From positions 162,626,001 to 162,690,000 of the forward strand of contig NC_042997.1 in NCBI RefSeq assembly GCF_006345805.1: a stretch of DNA of 64,000 bases, written 5' to 3'. The DNA is from Octopus sinensis. Its lineage: Eukaryota. Below the pieces are notes generated by a model. That model saw only the letters and a program-made list of their open reading frames with translations, made no database searches and was not told where the DNA came from. The position numbers were made by a program, and so were the translations under genes. Shown here piece after piece: positions 13,601 to 25,401 of this stretch; the stretch's first letter is position 1; every line of letters begins with the position of its first letter.

Positions 13601-15235
13601 GTAAGTGCTATGAACTTCATTATTATCTCTGTGTTAATGTAGTAATGCATCATCATCATTTAATTTAATATCTATGTTCTGGTGGACCTTGCTTAGCATC
13701 ATTCTCATGTACAAATATTAATAAAGTAATTCAGATCTTTCTAATTTCTATATGAATTACAAAAATGCTTCATGTCATTATGTATAGGATGAAAATAAAT
13801 CTCTTATGATGATTAGATTCTTTTTCATATTCTAACCACTTTGCACAGTGATAATATATGGTTAGACAAATATGCTTATAACTTATTGTTGTGCTCCACT
13901 TGACCTCATACTGTATTATCCATGTACTATATTATACAGTATTTGTTATAGTACCCATCTACTATATTGTATTACCATATAAAATAGTATAAAATTATCC
14001 TTCTACTGTAGTATCCATATACTCTATAGTACTATCTATTTACTACATATGTGTATGTATTATATTATTACTAGTATACTCATGTTATCAAAAGTGCTAG
14101 CAGTTTTATTAATGATAGAAAATGATGCATCAAAAGAGAGACCATTGATAAATGCCTGCAATCGAGTAAATATATGTACATACACAGAATTGAAGCACTT
14201 CAACAATCAGACATAGTTGTAATGTCTAGGTTGAAAATATCATCCACGTAATATATATATCATCATCATCGTTTAATGTCCATCTTCCATGCATGCATGG
14301 GTTGGAGGGTTGACAGGAGCCAACCAGGTAAAAAATATACTCTAGGCTACTGTCTCTGTTTTGGCAGGGATTTTACAGCTGGATGCCCTTCCTAACATCA
14401 ACCACTCTGCAGAGTGGACTCAGTGCTTTTTACATGGCACTAGCACTGGCGAGATTAGTTTTGGAATGATTTTTCCAAACACTAACTATGTTACAGTGTG
14501 GACTGGATGCTTTTAATGTGGTACCAACACTAGTAAGGTAACCAAATAACTTGCAAGACAAGGAATTATGAGATGGGCAGGAGCATTTGAGGAGGGAACT
14601 TGTGCCTTGAAAGGTTTGAGTGTGACAGAGAGACAGAAGTAGGTGTCTTGCCACAACAGAAGAGGTGATCCAGTATGAAATGATGAAAAGTTAGAGTGTA
14701 ACTGAGAAATAGAGAGGCAGAAATAGGTCTCTTGCTACAGAGGAGGTACATGGTTACCCAGTGAGAAAGAGGTTCAAGAGAGAGTCCATAAACAAGTGTG
14801 CTGATGTAAGGGAGATACTTGGTTTTCTAGTCAGAGGAAAAACAAGAGGAGAGAGAAAGCGACCAAAAGAGAGAGAGAGAGCAGGAAACAGCAAACATGT
14901 AAGAGAGAGCAGAAGAGAGATGGTGTAGTCCTAGAGTATACTCATAAGTAATAAGGATCTGAGCATATATATTATATATATATAATATATATATATATAT
15001 AATATATATATATATATATACTGACTGGCCTGGTGCAGCCTTCAGGCTTGCCAGACCCCAGTTGAACCGTCCAACCCATGCTAGCATGGAAAGCGGACGT
15101 TAAACGATGATGATGATGATATATATATATGAGAGGCTTTGATATCTAGAAGACCCAAAAGGCAGGTAAGGCAGTTCAATAATAGCATGAGTGAGAAGTC
15201 TAATGTGGATCCTGTGTGAGTGTGTATATGTTAAT

Positions 15236-16095
15236 TAAAATAAAACAACAAAACCAAAGCAGTGTGAAATTTCTAGGACCTTTATAAAGAGAAAGGTTGT
15301 CTTACATCAGAGATGATACGAGAGTTAAATAGGAAATAATATAGTTCAATATAAGAAGTTATTTTGAAAAGGGAGGGATATAGGAAGTATAAAGGGAAAT
15401 ATGATAATAAAAATGTATGTTGAATGTTAAAGTAGCTGTTCCATTATCCAAGAAATGTGCTGTGTAGATTGGGTATAGAAGCTTCTTGTCCATGATATGT
15501 AAATTCTGATAGGAATTCATATTTTGTTATTGCAAATGGATAGTGTGTAGATGTTAATTCTATGTGCTGTTTATTCAAAGGGATCTTGTAGTGCAAATGA
15601 AATTTTGAGAATATACTGGTAGGAGGAAGTAGGTAGAGAAAAGAGAATAGATAAGTATGTTAGAAGAAAGAAAAATAGTATTGGTCAAAAGGATTAAGGG
15701 AGGAAAGAAGAAAGAAAGAGGAAGTGAAAAGGAAAATGGAGTGCTAGATGGTGGTCAAGATATTGTGAGGGGCTGGGGAGAGGAGAGCTATCAGTAGATA
15801 AAAGGAATAGGGGGAAGTATAGAAGAAAGAGATAAGAATGTAAGGAAGGAATATATGTCTCTTCCACTTTCTTTCTTCTTTTCTTCCCTAATCCTTTTGA
15901 CCAATACCATTTTCTTTCTTCTAACAAAATAACTTCTATATTGGTCTATATTATTTCCTTGTATTTAACCCTCTCATATCATCTCTGATGATGTGATATC
16001 TTTTATGTCCCTGAAACAGCTGTAAAACTACCTTTCTCTTTATAAATGCCCTAGAAATTTCACACTGCCTTGGCTTTGTTGTCTCATTTTATTTA
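15236..16095. repeat. Nested inverted repeats with degenerate hammerhead (15981-16028, +)
   Basis: 15236-15344 pairs with 15945-16095; ~15657-15700 pairs with ~15886-15926; CTGATGA...GAAACAGCTGTA in right copy. Confidence 0.7.
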
Positions 16096-16730
16096 GCGAA
16101 AGCAGAAATTGGGTATACTGCATTAAATGCCCAAATTGCGAGGAACTATATATAGGAGAGATAGGGAATGTTCATGTTCAAATTCCATTGAGCAACCAAT
16201 GTTCAAATTCCATTGAGCAACTATACAGAAACATGTGGTCAGAAACTGTTTCTACTTTTTCCCTTTCACAGACTACATCACACAAGTGAGGTTGGAAGAA
16301 AGATAAAAGGAAAATGGTTTATTAAAATGTTCAAACCTGTTCTGAACAGAAATAACAACAATAATATAACAACCAGTTAATGATGTGGATTAAAAAATAT
16401 CTTTAACATATGAATATAAACAAATTACTGAAGACTCCCACCGATTGAAATATGAATGATCAAAACCAACTAAGTTTGCTCACTCATAAAACTATTGCAT
16501 GCAAACCACAAGCTAATTGGTTAAAATAAAGGCAGGACCTATGCCAGTAATATTGGTACACCTGGCAAATTGTGACATTTAAGTTGCATGTTGATTGGTC
16601 AAAACCGTTTTCCAAAAATTCAGCTTGCTGGAGAGTTTTGAGAAGTACTACAGGACTCAACTGTCAGTTAAATATATTTTGTAATCTGATGATTACTGTG
16701 AACGTATGAAAGTACTAATTGAACTTTATG
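16095..16730 (+). mobile_element. Penelope-like GIY-YIG remnant with 3' hammerhead
   Basis: Translates NWVYCIKCPNCEELYIGEIG (GIY-YIG with CxxC) and RKIKGKWFIKMFKPVLNR (C-terminal motif); not shown in ORF track. Confidence 0.8.
16682..16721 (+). ncRNA. Minimal hammerhead ribozyme motif (slightly degenerate)
   Basis: UAAU-CUGAUGA-U-UAC...GUA-U-GAAA-GUAC-UA-AUUG; palindromic stem III AGUACU; U-U mismatch at base of stem II. Confidence 0.65.
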
Positions 16731-16915
16731 AACATTACAAAATATATTTTTTTAATGTTAAAATTCCATAATAAACAATGTGTATCAACTGATATTTTAT
16801 CTTATACACATTCACACAGATTCAAAAAATATATATATATACACACACATCATTTCATGTGCATAATTTTACATGTGTGTGTGTGTGTGTGAATGTATGT
16901 ATGCATGTGCATTTC

Positions 16916-18153
16916 ATTACTGAAATTTGTGTCAACATCCTAAAGTAAACAACTTCCTAGTTCTTGACATGTGAAAAATATACTACCTTTTACTAGGAAA
17001 AAGAAATGTTGGTTAGTGTTATTTATAAAGTGCAAGTATGGAAAATGGACAAACACAAAAGAATATATATATACCCCTCCGCAAAAAAATCGCAAATTTT
17101 ATTTAATCTGCTTTTGCGGGAAGGACTGTTTCAATGAATTCATGACTCACCTTTACCTTCAAAACGCAGAGTAGATGAAACAGAGGCAGCTGAAGAAGGG
17201 GAATTTTCCTTGTTTTGTATGTCCTGTACTCTATTTTTTCGTTGTTTAAGAAAAATGTCCATTTCCTTGGCTTTGTGTTTATGTTTTCGTTTCTCATTGT
17301 GTTCGACGTTTTTTTGGTGTCCTGTACCCATATATGCATGTATATATACATATAGATGTAGGTACGTACATATATGTATGTATATATGCATATGTTTTAT
17401 TTATTAATTTGTTATACATATATATATATATATATATATAAGTGTATGAAAGAATGGAGTTGAACGACTAGTTAACAAATATCCTTTTTCTGATTTTCTG
17501 ATTTTCCTGATGAGAAATCTGCATAATGTACTCCTTATTCCTTCAGAATTAGGAATATGCAGCTTTCGAAACATATGTCGAGAATAAAGGATATTTGTTA
17601 ACTAGTCGTTCAACTCCATTCTTTCATATACTTATATATATATATATATATGTATAACAAATTAATAAATAAAACATATGCATATATACATACATATATG
17701 TACGTACCTACATCTATATGTATATATACATGCATATATGGGTACAGGACACCAAAAAAACGTCGAACACAATGAGAAACGAAAACATAAACACAAAGCC
17801 AAGGAAATGGACATTTTTCTTAAACAACGAAAAAATAGAGTACAGGACATACAAAACAAGGAAAATTCCCCTTCTTCAGCTGCCTCTGTTTCATCTACTC
17901 TGCGTTTTGAAGGTAAAGGCGAGTCATGACTTCATTGAAACAGTCCTTCCCGCAAAAGCAGATTAAATAAAATTTGCGATTTTTTTGCGGAGGGGTATAT
18001 ATATATTCTTTTGTGTTTGTCCATTTTCCATACTTGCACTTTATAAATAACACTAACCAACATTTCTTTTTCCTAGTAAAAGGTAGTATATTTTTCACAT
18101 GTCAAGAACTAGGAAGTTGTTTACTTCAGGATGTTGACACAAATTTCAGTAAT
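16916..18153. repeat. Near-perfect long inverted repeat, ~575-bp arms and 89-bp spacer
   Basis: 16916-17491 is the reverse complement of 17581-18153 with about 4 substitutions, a 1-nt indel and a (TA)n length difference; mirrored ORF pairs in the track confirm. Confidence 0.97.
17501..17585 (+). ncRNA. Type I hammerhead ribozyme with intact core in the palindrome loop
   Basis: Stem I AUUUUC/GAGAAU; CUGAUGA 17507-13; stem II GAAA.CUGCAUA/UAUGCAG.UUUC; GAAA 17568-71; palindromic stem III ACAUAUGU; GUC cleavage after 17579. Confidence 0.85.
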
Positions 18154-18358
18154 ATATATATCTAGGGAGAATTTATGAAAAAAACAAAAGACGGAGGCAG
18201 GTGGTGTACAAAACAAACAGATGTATTAGTATAATGCTCAGGAATAGAAAGGCTTTTATGTTTTGAGCCTACGCTCTTCTACAGAAAGGGACACAGAAAA
18301 AAACAAGGAGAGAAAAAAAATGTGCGTAGTGGCTAACGATCAATATGCACATATACAT

Positions 18359-18389
<31 letters not shown>

Positions 18390-18919
18390 TATAAAGAAAA
18401 ATAAGAAAATAGAGATAAATCAATTAATAATTATATTTATTAATTGCAAAAATAGACAGCTGTTTTGATTCAGGCTTTAAAAATTTTGATTAAAATAATT
18501 AAATGATTATGAAGTTGAATCTTGTCGGAGGTAGAAAAAAGATATGCCATTACATTTTATGTTTTTATGCGTTAAGTATACGGAGCATTTATATATATTT
18601 ATCTCTCTCTCTCTCTCTCATACTGTTCTATTCATATATATATATATATATATACATACATACATACACACACAAGCTTCAGTTGAATTAAGTACTTAAA
18701 TTGAGGCCTCTTGTTAGGTCAGAGTAACATGCATACTCAACAATATTAAGTGACTATCAGACTTGGTGCATAAGTGCTGACCACATGATATTCTTGTGTG
18801 TATGCAGATAATAAGTCCCCCCTGAAGAATTCCGCTCTTAGCTGTTCAAACATGTACTTTATATTAAAAATACTGTCTGTAATATTTATGAAGCATAGGT
18901 TCCAGTATAGGTAAATAAA

Positions 18920-19092
18920 ATATGAGTAACAAAGAGGTACAGGCATCAATTTATTACAGCCATTTCAAATGCCTCCTTTAACTGGCCGTAAACAGTTTCA
19001 TTGCAATGAAGTAATATTCTCATTAATCAATTGAAGGAGTCATTAGAGACAGCTGTAATGAATTGTCATCTGTACCTCTTTGTTACTCATAT
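18920..19092. repeat. Short fold-back inverted repeat (~65-bp arms)
   Basis: ATATGAGTAACAAAGAGGTACAG... / ...CTGTACCTCTTTGTTACTCATAT; outer 23 bp perfect, inner part mismatched. Confidence 0.85.
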
Positions 19093-20007
19093 GTGTGTGT
19101 GTGAAGGCACAATGGCCCAGTGGTTAGGGCAGCGGACTCACAATCATAGGATCGCAGTTTCAATTCCCAGACCAGGCATTGTGAGTTTTTATTGAGCAAA
19201 AACACCTAAAGCTCCATGAGGCTCCAGTAAAGGATGGTGATGAACTTGCTGTATTCTTTCACCACCATTTTCTCTCACTCTTTCTTCTTGTTTCTGCTGT
19301 ACCTGTATTTCACAGGGCCAGCCTTAACACTTCACTTAACACTTCAACAGCGCTTTTCTCACTGTAAAACAATAGTTTTTCTTCACTAAGCAGAATAATG
19401 TCTTTGCCACTTGACCCTTCTAACCTCTTCTAGGACACCAGGGGTTGGAATGGAGATAACAGACCTCCAACAATCATTTGTTCTCAACGATATGTCTATC
19501 CTTTTGGCTGCTTTTCGATAGCTATAAAAACAAGAACTCCATAAGCTAAAGGCAGTTATTGAGAGCAATCATCAGTGAATGTGAATGTTATTATTGCACT
19601 TTCTTCATTTCATTCATATATTTATATACATATATACTATATTTATATACTACCTTTAATAAGTTAGCCTTCATAAAGTTCACCATTAAAATGCCATGAC
19701 GAGTCAGAGTACTTTCTCACCAACCTCCAACAATCTCTCCCTCCAGCTGACAGTTTTTTGTGGCAGTTATAACGAAATTGCTTTCTTATATCAGATTAAT
19801 CAGGCATTTCAATAGAACATCTTTACCCCCAGGAATTACCGGGTACACCAGTTAGTAATAAAATATTGTTTATAATTGAATCTATGATAGAAAAATACCC
19901 AAAGGCTGGTAAATGAGATTGAACTTGGAACCATGTGGGTTAAAGCAAACCTCTTACCCACACAACTGTCTGCATCTTCCACACACACACACACACACTC
20001 ACATGCA

Positions 20008-20070
<63 letters not shown>

Positions 20071-20487
20071 ATTATTTGCTAAACACAGGATTTAAATGTG
20101 ACCTGCTATAAGATTCAGGCTTGAATAGTACAGTAATCATTCATGCTCAAGATATATATATATATATCACAATCCTAACAATGTGTCATATTTAACCTAA
20201 TTTTGAAGTCCAAATAATTGGTGCATGACACCAGTTATTTATAATTTACTTCTGTTTACAACAAACCACAGACAGGACATTTTGACAATCAAGCTATGTC
20301 TGTGTATCCAGTACTTTTAGTGAATTTAACATTTTCAAAATTGGATGCCTGTGAAATCCTCTTGGTGAACACATTGGTAGCATTTCAAAGAAAGTCACTT
20401 ATTAAGATTTAACAGAAGGAAACGAATAAGATTTCTTAAGAGAAATTTAAAGAACAGAAACTCATTATTTTCTTTCATACATACATA

Positions 20488-20816
20488 TAAGGAGGTGTTG
20501 AAAAGTTCCTGGCTTTAAAGATATTGCAAAAGGCCTGGTTAGAGGCCCAACCATCCAGGGCTTAAAAAATATGAAGGGCCGCTGCAATAAGTGTGTAAAT
20601 CTGAGAGGGGAATATGTTGAATAAAATCATAATTAACTGATCCCTCCTGTATTTTCAGTTAAGCAGTTCCCCTTCATAAAAGTTTCAGGACTGTGGCCAA
20701 TAGTAGAAAGAATTATTATTATTATCATTATTATTATTATTATTATAATCATCATCATCATCATCCCTCCTGTATTTTCTTTTACCTAAAGCCAGGAACT
20801 TTTCAGCACCCCCTTG
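20488..20816. mobile_element. Mariner-type MITE (second copy 27582-27796)
   Basis: TIR AAGGAGGTGTTGAAAAGTTCCTGGCTTT / AAAGCCAGGAACTTTTCAGCACCCCCTTG|ta. Confidence 0.8.
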
Positions 20817-20899
20817 TACATACAAACACTCATCCTTATAAGGAGAGGATGAGAGAGGGGCATCTGGGTGAGAAATCAGAATAAAATGTGATAGAATGC

Positions 20900-21852
20900 T
20901 GCTCATGTGTCATTTGCATGACTTTGTGAATTTACACTCCCTTTACAACACCACTCTTAAAAAGTCTGCTAATGAAAGTGAACTGGGCATTATTGTCAAC
21001 AGCAATTTACATTGAACAAACTACACTTCTAAAATAAGCTATCTATTTGCTGTATGTGGCTATGGTACATCCACAGTTTGCATCACCAGTTTGGAACTCC
21101 TTTCTGGCTCAATATATCAATCTCCTGGAAACTGTTCAGAAACTTGCAACCAGACAAATACCCTCATCAGGCATCTACTTTATTTTGAATATCCTGTCTC
21201 ACTGGGCATGGACACATTAACCAATTCGTAATCAGATTTCTCTATCAAATGCAATGCTTATTTATTCATATTGTTTTCAATCAATCATTCATTATCTCAG
21301 TTTTGAAATTTCAATGATGTGATTACTTGTTTTTAAAATGACATTGTAGGGTAAGTGTGAGAGGCCAGATTTGGCGAGTTTGAACGAAAAACAGGTAGAA
21401 TATTTTGGCCTGATTAAATGCTAAATGGTCAAAGCTTCAATGTCTAGCAACTGACTTGGTAGAAACCCACAAGATTATCCACCATTTTTCCAACAACAAC
21501 CTTGGGCACATTTTTGAATTCCATATGTCTATCACCCATAGACACGCTTGCAAAATCAAAAATAACACAGGACCCATGACATTCAGAAACATTTTTCAAT
21601 CAGAATTGCTGAAGCATAGAATAAACTACCCACATCAGTTGTTAGCTGTTGGGACACTACATCATTCAAAATTTCCATGCCTCTCAAAATTCACCAACAG
21701 TACACATGATGGCCACCCCACCCTTTTTCTCTAACGACTCATTCACTGGTCACTTTCTGTGCATTATTCTATGTACTGTACATGCACTTATGGCCACCTT
21801 TTGTGATGCGTTGTAGTGCACCTGAGCACTATAAAGTAAGTTCATTATTATA
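20900..21852 (+). mobile_element. CR1/L2-type LINE 3' fragment interrupted by a MITE (~21218-21431)
   Basis: LETVQKLATRQIP-like C-terminal RT residues, THRHACKI (TRGH-like), tail gtagtgcacctgagcactat..(att)n also seen near 37300. Confidence 0.65.
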
Positions 21853-22739
21853 TTTCATTCAAGAGAAACTTCATCATTGTTGTTTAACATCTATTTTCCA
21901 TGCTAGCATGGGTTGGACAGTTTGACAGTTGTCGTCATGCTGGAGAGCTGTCCAGGCTCCCATTGTCTGTTTTGATGTGGTTTCTGCTGCTAGAAATCCT
22001 TCCTAACGGCACCACGTTACAAGGTGCTGGCTGTTTTTTATGTACCAGTGATGTGGATGCGTTTACATAGCACCGCCACAAGTGCATTTTACGTGGCACC
22101 AGCATAAATCCATTTTACATGACTTTGGCACCTGCAAAAGACATGCCTGTATGTATGAATGGCCACAATTTTACTTAGCTTGACATATCTTCTTAAGTAC
22201 AGCATATCACCATAAGTCTGGGTCCCTTATCATCCCCTCAGTGAGGCCCAGTGTCTGAAAATCCTTTCTCTCCACTTTCTAATAATGAATTATAAAATGG
22301 CTGTAAAGAAATAATCTACTAACTATTTTCAGAAATGTTTGAATGGAGGAAACTGAAATGGACATGGCCAGAATTTTCTAGGTTACGTGTGTAATGAATA
22401 AGAGATTAAAGTAAAAAGTTGATAGGTTGATAGATTCATTGTATTTTTTGTGAAGAAAGCATTTTATTAAAATTTAACAGAGAAAATCAAATATTAATTC
22501 GTAAAGCATGGAGGTGCATTTTCTTTCCATTTTGTAATAAACTTATGTCTTATAAAAGAACTGTATTGTTTTCGGAAGTGTTAGCTTTTCAAGAATACGT
22601 CTAGACGCGCGCGCATACATAAGTGAATAAATACATAAAGAGGGAGAGGGGGAGGGTTACGATTCATCCTGGAAGTTCTGTTATAGATTTTACCAAGTTT
22701 ATAGCGATTATATAATTTTTTAAAATTTATTTTTATTAG

Positions 22740-22801
22740 CTGCTGCTGAATTACCTCCCTTTGAAGAAGAAAGACTGGCAAATGTGGGAAGACAAACAAA
22801 G
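22740..22801 (+). CDS. TBC1D13: TBC1D13 exon LLLNYLPLKKKDWQMWEDKQ(R)
   Basis: ttag|CTG...AG|gtaagt, 62 nt; LLNYLP motif typical of TBC domains. Confidence 0.92.
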
Positions 22802-23416
22802 GTAAGTTAGCTTTTATAAAGGTTGCCTCCCTTGTGACACTCCTAATGTCGATTTTATCTGTTGTGCGCCTCCGTCAAAATTCATGGGAATACGCGACTT
22901 TGTTAGAAATCATTGATAGAATTATTAAAACGTCGGAAAAAATTGCTTTGTGGTATTTATTACGACTCTCTACATTTTGGGATCAAATCCCTCTGAGGTT
23001 AACTTTCATTTTTTCTGTGTCGATAAAATAAGTACCCGTCAGGTACTCAGCTGGATGTGAACTCGACTAAAACTACTTTCCTATCAAAAATGATGAATCA
23101 GTTATTACTATTACTAAAGATCGCTGAGGTGTTAGAATCTGGTGAGTGCTGGTATTGTCGAAATCAGAACAAATATTAGTACAAGGCATTCTAATCAGAG
23201 CTCTAACAATTACCAACATTTTTATTCACGCATGCGCGTGCGTATAAAAACAGGGTAGAAATGTGGTTTACTTATCTGTTCAGTGATTTTCTCTCATTCT
23301 CATTGCATTTTATCTGTCAGGTGATAAAGTGATTCATCCTCTTGTCTCTGAAGCATTGCACATGGCTAGAAATTCTAAGTAGCAATGGAGTGAATTATCA
23401 GCTATATATGTTTATA

Positions 23417-23578
23417 GGCGCAGGAGTGGCTGTGTGGTAAGTAGCTTGTTTACCAACCACATGGTTCCGCGTTCAGTCCTACTGCGTGGCACCTTGGGCA
23501 AGTGTCTTCTACTATAGCCTCAGGCCGACCAAAGCCTTGTGAGTGGATTTGGTAGACGGAAACTGAAAGAAGCCTGTC

Positions 23579-23613
<35 letters not shown>

Positions 23614-23815
23614 TGTGTGTGTCTGTGTTTGTCCCCCTAGCATTGCTTGACAACCGATGCTGGTGTGTTTATGTCCCTGTTACTTAACGGTTCGGCAAAA
23701 GAGACCGATAGAATAAGTACTGGACTTACAAAAGAATAAGTCCCGGGGTCGAGTTGCCCGATTAAAGGCGGTGCTCCAGCATGGCCACAGTCAAATGACT
23801 GAAACAAGCAAAAGA
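23417..23815 (+). mobile_element. tRNA-derived SINE, near full length (copies at 35081-35400, and reversed or partial near 4960-5350, 29620-29910, 51250-51600, 57010-57240)
   Basis: GGCGCAGGAGTGGCTGTGTGGTAAG A box, GTTCAGTCC B box, central (TA)n, 3' GACTGAAACAAG tail. Confidence 0.85.
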
Positions 23816-24319
23816 GTATATATCTATAACCTTAGATCATTCAGAACCAGAAATACCTCCTATAGAGGACATCTGTCCTCAAACTGGATTACTGTTCCCA
23901 ATTGTTGTCGTCACAGAGCGTCAAATTGGTGGTGGAACTTGAGGCAATCCAGCACCACTACACAAAGAACATTGACTCGGTGAAACAACTTCTGGGAGGG
24001 ACTACAAGAATTGAGCTCAAGGCAAGAAAAGTATGCAGTGATGTACATATGGAAGGTCCAGCTTCCAACTTTGAAATTAAAAGCTATACCCCAATCCAGA
24101 GAAGATCCAGTGACAATCAATGATAGATCTGTGTGTATAAGTGTGTGTGTCTGTGTAAATGCCATTCTTTTATTTGTTTCAGTCATTTGACTGCTGCCAT
24201 GCTGGGCATCACACCTACACTTGAAAGATGAGGTTGATAGTCTGGATAATTATACACTCTTGATGACAATTTTTCTTTGTAGATTTTCCATGGTTAATAA
24301 TAGTTTCCTTTCTTTGTAG

Positions 24320-24410
24320 GGCACTATACAATCAGTTTGTACAAGAAATGATTGTGAAACCAGGTTCAAATATAGATGAAAAGAAGGCTGATGTTACTAT
24401 GGAAGATCAT
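24320..24410 (+). CDS. TBC1D13: TBC1D13 exon ALYNQFVQEMIVKPGSNIDEKKADVTMEDH
   Basis: gtag|G...CAT|gtaagt, 91 nt; phase-compatible; similar to ELYAQFLREMIIQPG...DVTFEDH. Confidence 0.93.
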
Positions 24411-25318
24411 GTAAGTTACATATTAAAGCATACTTATCTTAGGCTAAATTATATTGTGAATAACCTCATTAGTTCAAAGAGGTTACTGGTGTTCAAGCAG
24501 TAAAAATTAATCTGTATTAGTTGAACAGTTTGTAACCCTTTAGCTTTCAAATGTAATGCATGTATATTCATATTGTTTTGAATGAATCCTGCATTATTAC
24601 CTAGCTTTGAGATTTTTATGGTGTAACTTTATTTTTACAATGACATTGTAGGGTAGGTGTGAAAAGCTGGATATGACTGGTTTGAACATAAAAAAATATT
24701 TTGGCCAGATATAGTTGGTTTAAATGCAAAACGGTTAAAGCACACAACTCATATTTTATTTATATTTTATTTGTTTCCGTTATTAGACTGTAGCTATGTT
24801 GTGAGAGGTGGGATACTAAATTAAGTCTTATGAAACTACATAACCTCTTAGAACTTGAAATGAAGATAAAACTGACTAGTTTTCTGGGGGGTTGTGGGGT
24901 TGTGACCTCTGTCTAACTACTGAAATTAATAACCAACTACTTATTAAAGAATGTAGATATTATGAAGTAGCAGAACTCATTTACATAATGGTGCAAATTG
25001 GCAGCTATCAATTACTCATATAATAATAAAGTTTGTTTTATAAATAGATATGTTATGGAATCCTATTCATCTGTTTTACACAAACACACACGCACATAGT
25101 TTTGTCATGGAACTATGCTCAATGGCTAAAGTACAGGGCTTTTTGTAGCTTGGAATTATTTTATTTCCAATGAATTTGGTACCAGTCATAATGAATATAT
25201 TTTTACTTCAAAACCTAAATCCTGTTGGCATTGATGTTTTTCTATTTATTCCTCCAGACTTTAATAGTTTACTTGTTGTAGAACTGATGTAATATTTTCC
25301 CTTTTTTCTTTCCTTTAG

Positions 25319-25401
25319 CCACTCAATCCTAATCCTGACAGTGAATGGGGTGCTTATTTCAAAGACAATGAGATGTTAGTACAAATCGATAAAGATTGCA
25401 G
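25319..25401 (+). CDS. TBC1D13: TBC1D13 exon PLNPNPDSEWGAYFKDNEMLVQIDKDC(R), start of arginine finger IxxDxxR
   Basis: ttag|CCA...AG|gtgagt, 83 nt; (DH)PLNPNPDS and QIDKD motifs. Confidence 0.95.

Noticed and set aside
17125-17185. Possible decayed hammerhead inside the palindrome arms (CTGTTTCA...TGAAACAG)
   Set aside because: Core CUGA and GAAA both absent; too degenerate to call without a family consensus
16971-18098. Four mirrored ORF pairs suggesting duplicated genes
   Set aside because: A consequence of the palindrome; low-complexity peptides with no recognisable domain
18815-18865. CUGAAGA...CAAACAUGUA hammerhead-like motif
   Set aside because: GAAA is altered and stems I and II do not pair
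23417-23490. tRNA gene
   Set aside because: A and B boxes are present but there is no full cloverleaf; it continues into a multicopy SINE body
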